From: Candidatus Polarisedimenticolia bacterium | GTDB taxonomy: Bacteria > Chloroflexota > Limnocylindria > Limnocylindrales > CSP1-4 | DNA: 64,000 nucleotides | Reading direction: 5' to 3' | NCBI GenBank assembly: GCA_035649355.1 | Contig: DASRJS010000103.1 | Coordinates: 768 to 64,767 of the forward strand | Shown here: positions 48,827 through 57,579 of the stretch, piece by piece | Position numbering within the stretch: the stretch's first letter is position 1 | How the letters are laid out: each line of letters starts with the position of its first letter | The notes under the pieces: generated by a model | The model's input: only the letters and a program-made list of their open reading frames with translations | Databases searched by the model: none | What the model was told of the DNA's origin: nothing | Translations under genes and position numbers: made by a program

Positions 48827-50548
48827 TCAGAAGTCCCCGCAGATTGGAGTCGGCAGGGGCGTTGGCGCGCCCTCGACCCTGACCCGGACGAAGTACGGAA
48901 CGGCCACCGAGTTCTCGCCGTCGCGCGACGTGAGCGACACGCGCATGATCCAGTCGCCCGACGGGAGAGGCGGGAGCTCGAGGTCGCCGAGCCCGAGGCC
49001 GCTGTACCCGGAGGTGAGCGTGTACGGACATTGAGGACGACCGCCGGTTTCGATCTCCGTGCGGGTCGCGAGCTCGACGACCCAGCCTGAGATCCGCTCG
49101 CTCCCGAAGGCGATCCGCAGCGAGCCAGCTGCCGCCAGATCCAGCGCCGGACCGTCGGGCAGCGTGGGCCAGCGCTGTTCGCAGACCTCGACGCCGTAGC
49201 GACCCTCACTGGAGACTTCGACTCCGCAGCCCAGGGCGAGCGGGATCGGATCGGGTGACCCTTCTGCCACGACGAATGCGTTGGGGACCGGCCCGACCGG
49301 TGCGTGGAGCAGCCAGTAGACCGTCTCCCGATCACCGTTCTCAAACTCGAGTGAGGTCTGGAGGACGAACGTCCCGAGCACCGGAAGGCTGGCGAACGAG
49401 AACACGTTCTGGGCAGCGAGTCGGGGATTGTTCGAGGGGTTGTCGGGTGCCTGATCGATGTAGTACTGGCGATCGCTCGGCTCGCCCGCCACGGGCAGCA
49501 CGCCAGCCGTGATGTACCAGCTCGTGGCGCATGTGTTGCCCGCGATCGCAAGCGTCACCGGTCCGTCGACCTCGATCGGGCCAGCGCTGAGGAGCGCCTC
49601 GCGCACGTCGTTCGTGACCGTCGTCGAGCGCCATTGGTACTCGCCGAGGACGCCAGCGGCAACGGTCGCGCCAACTCGCAGCTCGACGCCCGGCGGCACC
49701 GTGTCGACGAGGAGCGGCCCGCACGCCACCGCCGGCGTGACGATCGGCCCTCCGTCGGGTGAGCCACCAGCTCCCGATGACGGTACGGGCGACTGCCACG
49801 CGACGTAGCCGCTGTTCAGCCGGTAGAGGTAGACGGCCCAGATGGAGTCCGTTTCGCCACCCGGCGTCCGCAGCTGCAGCGCCACCCGGACGATCCAGTC
49901 GCCGGCCGGCGGGCCGTCCCACGTCAGCTGTTTGGAGCCTCGTTCGAGGGGTGCCGGAGCGCGAACGGTCAGCGCCGTCCCATGCGGCCGGCCCGCATCG
50001 AAGAGATCGATTCCCAGCAGCTCGACGCAACTGACATCCGGAATGCGAAGCTGCATGCGGCGGGCCGCGTCGACCTGGACCACGTGCGCGACCGGAGCAA
50101 CCACGTCGACGGCATCGATGCTGGCGCCGGTGCCGAAGGCCGGCTTTCGAGTCAGGAACGTGTTCAGCTGCCCGAAGCTCACCACCGGCGGCTTGACCGG
50201 GTCGACCGAGTTGACCGGACAGGCGTCGGTTGGCGCCGGGGAGCTCTCGACGGCAACGAGGCTCGACGGGGGAGCGTGGCTTGGCCCCGTCGTTGGCTTC
50301 GGGGCGAGCGGACCGGTGCCCAGGACCGCGACGACCACGATCGAGACCGCGACCCCGGCCGCGAGCCTCGGATCGAGGCGCCGGCCGTGGGCTCGGACGG
50401 ACGCCGGCGGGACGTCGAGGCGGCTCGGGAGTGGCGACTCGCCGAGGTCGACCATCTCGCTCTCGGCGGCCTCTGCCGGACGGTCGTCGCCGTTCTCGCG
50501 GTTGTCGCGGGGCTCCGGCGTGCCGGTGGGCTGGTAGCGCATTCCCAT
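48827..50548 (-). CDS. membrane-anchored modular protein of unknown family (3 Cys-containing modules; paralog of 61435..62697)
   Basis: Start ATG 50548 or 50542 (MGMRYQPTG). TM helix LAAGVAVSIVVVAVLGTG. Three modules end in GDWIVRVALQL.., ..VYWLLHAPV and GDWIMRVSLTS..YFVRVRV. Clear similarity to the 61435 protein. Confidence 0.7.
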   Translation of the reverse strand: MGMRYQPTGTPEPRDNRENGDDRPAEAAESEMVDLGESPLPSRLDVPPASVRAHGRRLDPRLAAGVAVSIVVVAVLGTGPLAPKPTTGPSHAPPSSLVAVESSPAPTDACPVNSVDPVKPPVVSFGQLNTFLTRKPAFGTGASIDAVDVVAPVAHVVQVDAARRMQLRIPDVSCVELLGIDLFDAGRPHGTALTVRAPAPLERGSKQLTWDGPPAGDWIVRVALQLRTPGGETDSIWAVYLYRLNSGYVAWQSPVPSSGAGGSPDGGPIVTPAVACGPLLVDTVPPGVELRVGATVAAGVLGEYQWRSTTVTNDVREALLSAGPIEVDGPVTLAIAGNTCATSWYITAGVLPVAGEPSDRQYYIDQAPDNPSNNPRLAAQNVFSFASLPVLGTFVLQTSLEFENGDRETVYWLLHAPVGPVPNAFVVAEGSPDPIPLALGCGVEVSSEGRYGVEVCEQRWPTLPDGPALDLAAAGSLRIAFGSERISGWVVELATRTEIETGGRPQCPYTLTSGYSGLGLGDLELPPLPSGDWIMRVSLTSRDGENSVAVPYFVRVRVEGAPTPLPTPICGDF

Positions 50549-50694
50549 CGTTGACGTCGCCAGCCCCCGCTTCGTTACGCGAGCATCATGGCCAGTCCGC
50601 CGCCCGCGTGTTGCCTTTTGCGGGTCCCCACCCGTCGGGGTACCCTGCCCCGAGTGTTCGAGACCGCAGATGTCCAGTCGTTCGCCGAGGGCCC

Positions 50695-51147
50695 ATGCCC
50701 TCTGAGCTGAGGGCCCCGCGCCGGGCCGACGGCCTGCCCGAACGAACCCGAACACGATCCAGGAAGATTCCCGCCCCGCCGAAGGCCAAGCGCGTCGACG
50801 AGCGCTCGTCGCGCGAGATCGCGGGCCGGATCGTCGAGCTGGCCGAGGACAAGAAGGCCGCCGACATCGTCCTGCTCGACCTTTCCGGCCTGACGACGAT
50901 GGCCGACTACTTCGTCATCTGCTCCGGCGGCTCGGAGCGGCAGCTCGATGCGATCGCCGGCGGGATCGTCGATGGCATGCGCGAAGAAGGCGTCCGACCG
51001 TTCGGTCGTGAGGGCACGGCGGCCTCACATTGGGTCCTCGTCGACTTCGGCGGAACGATCGTCCACATCTTCACGCCGCCCGAGCGCGACTACTACGACC
51101 TCGAGCGGCACTGGTCGGAGGCGAAGACGGTCCTGCGGGTGCAGTGA
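50695..51147 (+). CDS. rsfS: ribosome silencing factor RsfS (Iojap-like) with basic N-terminal extension
   Basis: DKKAADIVLLDLSGLTTMADYFVICSG...WVLVDFGGTIVHIF motifs; ATG 50695. Confidence 0.85.
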   Translation: MPSELRAPRRADGLPERTRTRSRKIPAPPKAKRVDERSSREIAGRIVELAEDKKAADIVLLDLSGLTTMADYFVICSGGSERQLDAIAGGIVDGMREEGVRPFGREGTAASHWVLVDFGGTIVHIFTPPERDYYDLERHWSEAKTVLRVQ

Positions 51148-51239
51148 GCTTCGGCCGCGTGCGGGGCCATGCGTGGTACCGGCCGAGGCGGTACTGAAGG
51201 GTCATATTGACGAAAGGTGGTGCTCCATAGCATCGCCGT

Positions 51240-51488
51240 ATGACTCGCATCCGCGAACGGTGCCCCGCCTGCAGCCGTCGCCTCATCACAACCCGGTTCG
51301 ATGCGACCTTCCGCATGCCGGACCGCGATGAGCGGCTGTGCTTCGGGATCCCGGGCGGTCTCTGCGAGGACTGTCACCAGCTGTACATCGACCCGGAGCT
51401 GATCGAGCTCCTCGACCTGGGCCAGGGCCGCTGCGTCTTCGCGATCGAGAGCGACCTCGTCGTCCAGGAGCAGGCCTGGTCGTCCTGA
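51240..51488 (+). CDS. small hypothetical protein, 82 aa, with CPAC...CEDC zinc-ribbon-like Cys pairs
   Basis: GC3-rich ORF. TAGCAT (51228-33) lies 6 nt before the ATG (leaderless-type). A strong terminator follows at 51538-51571. Confidence 0.6.
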   Translation: MTRIRERCPACSRRLITTRFDATFRMPDRDERLCFGIPGGLCEDCHQLYIDPELIELLDLGQGRCVFAIESDLVVQEQAWSS

Positions 51489-51537
51489 CCTCTTCCTGAA
51501 CCTCTCCGGGCGCAGCTGCACGGCGCTCGACAACCAG

Positions 51538-51571
51538 CGAAGCGGGCCGGTCAGGGCCCGCTTCGTTGTTT
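51538..51571 (+). terminator. intrinsic terminator
   Basis: 11-bp stem CGAAGCGGGCC/GGCCCGCTTCG followed by TTGTTT. Confidence 0.7.
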
Positions 51572-51580
51572 ACTGGGTGG

Positions 51581-52636
51581 TCAGCCTCCAGGCGCGACGG
51601 TGTCGCGGACCCAGAGCGTGAACGCCAGCCGATGCTGAGCGTCGCCGGCCGGGCTGCCCGGGACGCCCTTGACGATCGAGTCGAGCTCGACGAGGCCCTC
51701 GAGGGCTGCGTCGAGGTCGCGAGCCGACCACTGCTGGGCCTGGCGAGCGAGCATCTCGGCGCGAAACGGAACGAGGCGCATCGAGCGGACCAGCGAGCCC
51801 GGCGCTTCTCCAGCGGCCAGCCGATCCTCGACCTCGATCAGCTCGCGGATTCGGCGGTGGAGGACCGCCAGCAGGACTGGCTCCGGCGTGTCAGGCAGCA
51901 GCCGCTCCAGAAGGGCGATGGCCTTCGCGCCCTGGCGCATCCCGACGGCATCCACGAACGCCCAGATCGAGCCGGGGACGGCCTCCGACACGAGCGCCCG
52001 GACGTCGTCGGTCGTGATTGCTCGATCGAGTGCGTGGAGCGCGAGCTTCTCGAGCTCGCCGACCGCGATCCGGCCCTGCTCCCGACGATCGACGTCGCCT
52101 TCGCGGACGAACCCGCCGACACGCGTCGCGAGCTCCTTCGCGGTGCCCGCCGCCAACGCGATGTGGCGCTCCCGCGCGCGAGCCTCGATCCACGCCGCGA
52201 GCGCGCCCTCGCGTGGCGCCTCGAACCGGCGGACGTCGCCGCCGGCCGCGCGGACAGCCTCGGCGAGCGGCTTCTGGGGCGGGTCCTTGACCCCGGAGTC
52301 CGTCTCGACGGCGAAGGCGACGCCATTGCCCGGCGCGAGCGCGGCGAGGGTCTCGATCAGCGCGTCGCGGTCCTCGTTCCGACGCACGAGCGGCCCGGGA
52401 TTCGCCACGATCGCGAGCGTCCCCGAGCCGAACAGCGAGCCGGTGGCAGCCCGCTCCCGGAGCTCAGCCAGTGTCCGGGCGGCGAGATTCGGATCCGTCG
52501 CGGCGCGCCAACGTTCCGGCGGGCTGTCCTGGAATGCGGGTCCGGTTCGGAGGCCCTCGACTGCGGCTTCGATGCCGTACGCATCGTCGCCCCAGAAGTA
52601 GGCAAGGGGCGCACGTGCGGCGCTGGTGGTGGGCAC
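51581..52636 (-). CDS. holA: DNA polymerase III subunit delta
   Basis: 351 aa; position directly downstream of comEC; YFWGDDAYGIEAAV N-terminus, LxxELEKL-like element (VGELEKLALH). Confidence 0.8.
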   Translation of the reverse strand: MPTTSAARAPLAYFWGDDAYGIEAAVEGLRTGPAFQDSPPERWRAATDPNLAARTLAELRERAATGSLFGSGTLAIVANPGPLVRRNEDRDALIETLAALAPGNGVAFAVETDSGVKDPPQKPLAEAVRAAGGDVRRFEAPREGALAAWIEARARERHIALAAGTAKELATRVGGFVREGDVDRREQGRIAVGELEKLALHALDRAITTDDVRALVSEAVPGSIWAFVDAVGMRQGAKAIALLERLLPDTPEPVLLAVLHRRIRELIEVEDRLAAGEAPGSLVRSMRLVPFRAEMLARQAQQWSARDLDAALEGLVELDSIVKGVPGSPAGDAQHRLAFTLWVRDTVAPGG

Positions 52637-52654
52637 GTGGCGATGGTATCGGGG

Positions 52655-55087
52655 TCAGCCGGTGGCGGACAGGACGGCGCAGGTGAACGCCCGGGCAACC
52701 GTGGGTACCGCCGCCCCCGGAATGGCCGATGTGCGCGGGCCCGATGCGCTCACGGAGACCCGACTCGCTTCCAGGCTGACCTCGACGGAGCCGTTGCGGT
52801 CCGTCCGGTAGACCCGGGCGCCGGTCGCTTCGAGCCGCGCGATCGTCGATGGCGCCGGGTGGCCGTACGGGTTGCCGGTCCCGGCAGACACCACCGTGAC
52901 GCTCGGCCGCACCGACTCGAGGAAGGCGTCGGTCGAGGCGGTCTTCGAGCCATGATGGGCGACCTTGAGCAGGTCGAGGTGGGGCAGGCCCTCGGCGATC
53001 AGCGACGGGTCGATGTCCTCCTCGACGTCGCCCGCGAGCAGGAATCGGCGCCCGGCGACCTCGCCCAGGAGCACGATCGACACGTTGTTGATGGCCGTTC
53101 CGCCGTCGGCCGGCTCGAGCGGTACCTTCCCGCGAACCGGCCACAGGACTCGCAGTCGGATCGCATCGATCCGCAGCTGATCGCCGGCGGCGAGCGTCCC
53201 GATCGGTCGGCCAACCTTCGCCAGCGCCGCACGCCATGCGGCGAAGCCGGGACCCGGGCCCTGCATCCCGGGTTCGAAGACGCGCCCCACGCGGTATCGC
53301 GCGAGCAAGCCGACGAGCCCGGCGACGTGATCCTCATGCGGATGGGTGAGGATGACCACGTCGATGCGGCGGTCCCATGGCGGAAGGCGCTCGTCGAGCG
53401 CGACGAGGAGCCGATCGGGATCCGGGCCGCCGTCGACGAGCAACCGACCGCCAGCGCCGCCCTCGACGAGGATCGCATCGCCCTGGCCGACGTCGAGCAC
53501 GGTGACCCGGACGATGCCGTCCGGTCGATGGATGAGCACGATGCCGAGGCCGGCGACGGCGATCAGGAGCGCTGCCGCGGCCATCTTGAGGCGATGCGGC
53601 ACAGCGGGTGCCTGGTGTCTGGTCGCACGGCGAATTGGGAACGCTGACGTGGCCGCGCTCCGGCGTGCCCGCCGGCGCGCGATGACGAGGATGACGGCGC
53701 CGGCGATCACGCCGGCGAGCGTCGACCACGGCGGATCCAATGCCACGCTCGCAAACGGCAGCCCGGCGCCAGCGCGGCCGATGCCGATCATCGCGCTCAA
53801 CAGCGCCCACGCGGGGAGCCCGGCAACCGTTGCGATCGCCGCTGGTGCGCCGAGCAGTGCCAGCCAACCGCCGATCAGCGCGATGGCGCCCGCCGCCATC
53901 GCCGGCGCGACGAGGGGAACGACGAGGAGGTTCACGACCGGCGCGACGAGTGACAGCCGTCCGAAATCCGCGAGGATGACCGGCAGGGTCGCGGCCTGGG
54001 CGGCGAGCGATACGCCGAGGCTCTCGGCGAGGAGGCGCCTTGGCCGGCCGGGGTTGGCCCCGGCAAGCCGCGCCGTGAGCGGCGTGCCCCAGGCGATGAG
54101 GCCGGCCGTCGCCAGCGACGAAAGCTGGAACCCGGCATCGCCCGCCAGGCCCGGGTCGAGCAGCAGCAGCGCAACAACGGCAAGGCCGAGCGCCGCGGCG
54201 GCCCGCCCGGCGCGCCCTGACTCGCGAGCCAGGAGCGCGACGCCGGCCATCGCCGCGGCCCGCAGGACCGATGCGGACGCGCCGACGAACGCGACATAGA
54301 GCGCGATCGCGACGCAGATGAGGATCGAGCGGCGTCGCCGGCTGAGGCCGCCGGCGAGTGCCCCGATCGTCGCGCCGACGATCGCGATGTTCCAGCCCGA
54401 GATCGCCACGACGTGGCTGATCCCGGCCGTCGTGAACGCCGCGGCCACGTCGCGATCGACGCGATCACGGAGGCCGACGAGGATTCCGGCGGCAAGGCCG
54501 GCGGCTGGCTCTGGAACGGCGAGGGCCAGAGCCTCCGCCGATCCCCGCCGGAGACCCTCGAGCCGGCGCGCCAGATCGGTTGTCGCGGGCGCAACGTCCA
54601 GGCTCTCGGCATAGAGCGTCGCGGACACGCCGATCCGCCCGAGGTAGTGCCCGTACTCGTCGTCCTCGACGGGCCTCAGTCGGCCCTGCACGCTGACTCG
54701 ATCGCCCGGGACGACGGCCGGGAAGCGTGGCAACATCGCCGACACGGCCAGGTCCGCCGGCGGATCGAGCTCCACGATCGCGGGTTGCAGGCCTCGCCGC
54801 GGCGCAGAGATGGACGTGACGACGCCCATCCACGGCCCATCGGTCGATGGCAGGGTCGCGGCGACGCCCGAGCCCGCCTGGACCTCGAGCGCGAGTCGAA
54901 GCCCGATCACGAGAAGCCCGATGGCGGCGGGGTCGGTTCGCCGGAGCCACGGCCGCCCCGCGACGCGGCTCGCGAGCGAGCTCAGCCCGAGTGCGAAGGC
55001 AACCAGGATGACCGGGATCGGGCCGACGATCGGGCCGAACAGTGCGGCTCCGACCGCCGCGGCCGCGAGCCAGCCGCTCGCGCCCAC
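52655..55087 (-). CDS. comEC: DNA internalization-related competence protein ComEC/Rec2 (with C-terminal MBL domain)
   Basis: 810 aa polytopic membrane protein; competence domain; VLDVGQGDAILV and THPHEDH MBL motifs. Confidence 0.9.
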   Translation of the reverse strand: MGASGWLAAAAVGAALFGPIVGPIPVILVAFALGLSSLASRVAGRPWLRRTDPAAIGLLVIGLRLALEVQAGSGVAATLPSTDGPWMGVVTSISAPRRGLQPAIVELDPPADLAVSAMLPRFPAVVPGDRVSVQGRLRPVEDDEYGHYLGRIGVSATLYAESLDVAPATTDLARRLEGLRRGSAEALALAVPEPAAGLAAGILVGLRDRVDRDVAAAFTTAGISHVVAISGWNIAIVGATIGALAGGLSRRRRSILICVAIALYVAFVGASASVLRAAAMAGVALLARESGRAGRAAAALGLAVVALLLLDPGLAGDAGFQLSSLATAGLIAWGTPLTARLAGANPGRPRRLLAESLGVSLAAQAATLPVILADFGRLSLVAPVVNLLVVPLVAPAMAAGAIALIGGWLALLGAPAAIATVAGLPAWALLSAMIGIGRAGAGLPFASVALDPPWSTLAGVIAGAVILVIARRRARRSAATSAFPIRRATRHQAPAVPHRLKMAAAALLIAVAGLGIVLIHRPDGIVRVTVLDVGQGDAILVEGGAGGRLLVDGGPDPDRLLVALDERLPPWDRRIDVVILTHPHEDHVAGLVGLLARYRVGRVFEPGMQGPGPGFAAWRAALAKVGRPIGTLAAGDQLRIDAIRLRVLWPVRGKVPLEPADGGTAINNVSIVLLGEVAGRRFLLAGDVEEDIDPSLIAEGLPHLDLLKVAHHGSKTASTDAFLESVRPSVTVVSAGTGNPYGHPAPSTIARLEATGARVYRTDRNGSVEVSLEASRVSVSASGPRTSAIPGAAVPTVARAFTCAVLSATG

Positions 55088-55090
55088 CGC

Positions 55091-55891
55091 TCAGCCGATC
55101 GTCACGAGGTCGCGAAGGCGTTCGAACGTCTTCTCACCGATCAGGCCGCGCTCGCGAAGCTCGTCCACTGACGCGAACGGACGTTCCGTTCGGGCGTCGA
55201 TGATCTTTTGGGCCGTGACGGGCCCGATGCCGGGTAGCGCCTCGAGCTCGCTGGATGTCGCTGTATTCAGGTTGACGAGGCCCGGCCCGCTCCCACCGGA
55301 TCCAGGGCTGGATCCTGCCGCGGCCGGCGGGTCGTCACGCGACGGCACCGCGACGGTCGCCCCGTCGGCGAGATGGGCCGCGAGATCGAGTCCGGCTGTC
55401 GCCCGCTCGACGTCGACGCGCGGACCGTAGCCCCCGGCCGCCTCGATCGCATCCGCGACGCGAGCGCCCGCCGGCAGGCGATACACGCCGGGGTTTCGAA
55501 CGGCCCCGCTGACCTCGACGACGATCTCCAAACCCGCAGACGGGTCTTCGCTCGACCCGTCAATGGTCGCTCCTCCGCCGACCCCGATCGTGCCGCCCGG
55601 CGCGGAGATCGCGAGGACTCCGGCGGCGACGGTGATCGCGACCGCGCCGACGAGGGCGACGAGGATCGCCGTCCGATTCGCAAGCGCGCCCTGCGCTGCT
55701 GGCGTGTCAGGCGCGGACGCTGCCGCAGACCCACCTGCCGGCGTCTCGAGGACGCGCCACGGCGCTTGGTTGTCCACACGGGCTCCGATCGGGCGGGCGG
55801 CAACGTGCGATCGGGCGGGCGGCGACAGCGGGGGACCAGGCGACCCATGAGCGCCTGGGTGGGAATCGAAACGCCCTGCCTGTCGGGGCAC
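55091..55891 (-). CDS. comEA: ComEA family DNA-binding protein (helix-hairpin-helix)
   Basis: C-terminal VNLNTATSSELEALPGIGPVTAQKIIDAR HhH motif, SLBB-like region, one TM helix. Start is uncertain. Confidence 0.8.
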   Translation of the reverse strand: MPRQAGRFDSHPGAHGSPGPPLSPPARSHVAARPIGARVDNQAPWRVLETPAGGSAAASAPDTPAAQGALANRTAILVALVGAVAITVAAGVLAISAPGGTIGVGGGATIDGSSEDPSAGLEIVVEVSGAVRNPGVYRLPAGARVADAIEAAGGYGPRVDVERATAGLDLAAHLADGATVAVPSRDDPPAAAGSSPGSGGSGPGLVNLNTATSSELEALPGIGPVTAQKIIDARTERPFASVDELRERGLIGEKTFERLRDLVTIG

Positions 55892-55984
55892 TTCGACGGG
55901 CAGGGCGTCAGGCGCGACTCTAGCGAGCGCCGCTTAGCTGCGACTTACCTGACGATCATCATGTTGCGGTGGAGCACCGGATCG

Positions 55985-56404
55985 TCAGCGCGGCTCCCAG
56001 TCCACCCAGCGCGAGCCGTCCCACCAGCGATGCCAGACGCGGCCGTCGCGGCCGTTGGCGAAGACGTCGAGCCGCTCCGGTCCCCACGAGGACGCCGATG
56101 GCGTCACCGAGCTGTCCAGCTCGCCGCCGAGCGACTCCCAGGGATGCCAGTAGGTGTGGTCCCAGTAGCGGTTCCAGAGGGCGCCGTCCTCGAGGATGGC
56201 GAAGACCTCCATCTCGCCGGGCGCCCAGGCCGTGACCGCGGGCGCCGAGGCCAACACCCCGCCAAGCGATTCGGGTTCGCTCCACTCGCCGGAATCGAAC
56301 GCCAGATGCCACAAGGCCCGGACTTCGTCGACCCAGAAGAGGTCGATTCGGCCCGGGCCCCAGGAGACGGCGGCGAGGCCGTCTCGGGTGGACTGGCGGT
56401 TCAC
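55985..56404 (-). CDS. Trp-rich 3-blade beta-propeller-repeat protein (DUF346 / fucose-lectin RSL-AAL-like repeats)
   Basis: Three about 45-aa repeats: SWGPGRIDLFWVD..ALWHLAFDSGEWSEP, AWAPGEMEVFAIL..ALWNRYWDHTYWHPW, SWGPERLDVFANG..RVWHRWWDGSRWVDW. GTG 56404 lies 4 nt after the upstream stop. Confidence 0.6.
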   Translation of the reverse strand: MNRQSTRDGLAAVSWGPGRIDLFWVDEVRALWHLAFDSGEWSEPESLGGVLASAPAVTAWAPGEMEVFAILEDGALWNRYWDHTYWHPWESLGGELDSSVTPSASSWGPERLDVFANGRDGRVWHRWWDGSRWVDWEPR

Positions 56405-56408
56405 GCGA

Positions 56409-56648
56409 TCAACGGTAGCCGAGGGCTTCCGCGGAAGGCGAGCTGGTCGGATCGCTCCAGCTCGCGACTCGGGCCGTCGCCTGGCTGATGCCAAGGGCGG
56501 TGCGAGCGATGAGCCGGCGCGGGAACGACGGACGGAACGGCTCGTCCGCCTCGGTCTCTCGGCCGAGTGCGGCGAGTCGGGAGTCGTCAGCCTCGCGATG
56601 GAAAGCCGCGAGGCGATCCGCGACGATGGCGGCGTGAAGGAGATACAT
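56409..56648 (-). CDS. small hypothetical protein, 79 aa
   Basis: GAGGTG RBS 6 nt before ATG 56648; GC3 about 85%; MYLLHAAIVADRLAAFHREADDSRLAALGRE...; no family recognised. Confidence 0.55.
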   Translation of the reverse strand: MYLLHAAIVADRLAAFHREADDSRLAALGRETEADEPFRPSFPRRLIARTALGISQATARVASWSDPTSSPSAEALGYR

Positions 56649-56705
56649 CGTGGTCACCTCGTTGGGTAGTCTTGAAGTTGACGGCGGTCCGGAAGGACCG
56701 ACGGG

Positions 56706-56834
56706 TCAGCGGCGGTGGTCGTCCGTCATGGGCTCGCGCGAGTCCGTGCCCCAGAGGGCGGCTGCGACGTCGAAGGCCATGAGGATGAGGACGAGGCTCA
56801 CCAGCACGAATGTTGCGGCGGTGATGACGGGCAT
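56706..56834 (-). CDS. small membrane peptide, 42 aa (not in ORF track)
   Basis: GGGAGGA RBS 7 nt upstream. MPVITAATFVLVSLVLILMAFDVAAALWGTDSREPMTDDHRR: one TM helix plus a charged tail. A consensus promoter lies upstream. Confidence 0.6.
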   Translation of the reverse strand: MPVITAATFVLVSLVLILMAFDVAAALWGTDSREPMTDDHRR

Positions 56835-56893
56835 TCGAGTGTCCTCCCTTCTTCCTGCTAACCAGTTTTTGGCTTCTTATCGGTTACAAGTGA

Positions 56894-56922
56894 AATCTAC
56901 CCTCTTGCGCGTAACCTGTCAA
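56894..56922 (-). promoter_or_regulatory. near-consensus promoter TTGACA-17-TAGATT driving the small-peptide operon
   Basis: -35 is the complement of 56917-56922; -10 is the complement of 56894-56899. Confidence 0.65.
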
Positions 56923-56932
56923 GCGGTATAGA
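56905..56932 (+). promoter_or_regulatory. promoter TTGCGC-16-TATAGA for the CGNR gene, interdigitated with the divergent promoter
   Basis: -35 at 56905-10, -10 at 56927-32, ATG at 56944 (leader at most about 5 nt). GGTTAC/GTAACC hexamers at 56882, 56911 and 56935. Confidence 0.5.
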
Positions 56933-56943
56933 GTGGTTACACG

Positions 56944-57579
56944 ATGTTGACAACAATTCCCCAGATCGAGTTCGGACACCCGGCCGACCACGGCCACGAG
57001 GTACCGCTCGAGGGGTCCTTCGACTTCATCAACACGCTCCACTACGACAATGGTTTCGAGATCGACGACATCACCGACGACAGCGACGTCGCCGCGTGGC
57101 TCGGGACGCACGGGATGCTCCACGAGCGGAATGGCAAGCCCGTCGAGCAGTGCACGGACGGCCTCGAACGAGCACGCGAGGTCCGTCACGCGCTCCGCGC
57201 CGTCGTCGATGCGACCGCCGAAGGCACGGCACCGGATCCCGAAGCCGTCGCGACCCTGAACAAGGTCCTCGGCTCCCGGATCGTGCCGATGCTCGAGGTC
57301 ACGCCCGATGGCGGCGTCCGGACCGGCCATCGGCACCTCGGCGACACGGTTGACAGCGCTCTGGCGCTTCTCGTGGAGCCAATCGTGCGCGAGCTCGCCG
57401 GCGGTCGCCCGGAGCGCTTCCGGATCTGCGCGAACGAAGATTGCCGCGAGGCGTTCTACGACACTTCACCCACCGGCCGTCGGCGCTGGTGCGACATGCG
57501 TGTCTGTGGCAACCAGGCGAAGGTGGCCCGGCATCGAGCGAAGGCGAAGGCCGCCGCGAGCGCGTCACCGGCCGCCTGA
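56944..57579 (+). CDS. CGNR zinc-finger domain protein (ABATE N-terminal domain + zf-CGNR), putative regulator
   Basis: C-terminal RFRICANEDCREAFYDTSPTGRRRWCDMRVCGNQAKVARHR is the zf-CGNR signature; 211 aa. Confidence 0.88.
   Translation: MLTTIPQIEFGHPADHGHEVPLEGSFDFINTLHYDNGFEIDDITDDSDVAAWLGTHGMLHERNGKPVEQCTDGLERAREVRHALRAVVDATAEGTAPDPEAVATLNKVLGSRIVPMLEVTPDGGVRTGHRHLGDTVDSALALLVEPIVRELAGGRPERFRICANEDCREAFYDTSPTGRRRWCDMRVCGNQAKVARHRAKAKAAASASPAA

Noticed and set aside
50549-50755. Upstream extension (69 codons) of the 48827.. ORF to the track start at 50755
   Set aside because: It would overlap the divergent rsfS start (50695) and its promoter region, and it is Arg/Gly-rich. ATG 50548 or 50542 (MGMRYQ) is taken as the start, though neither has a strong SD, so the start remains uncertain.
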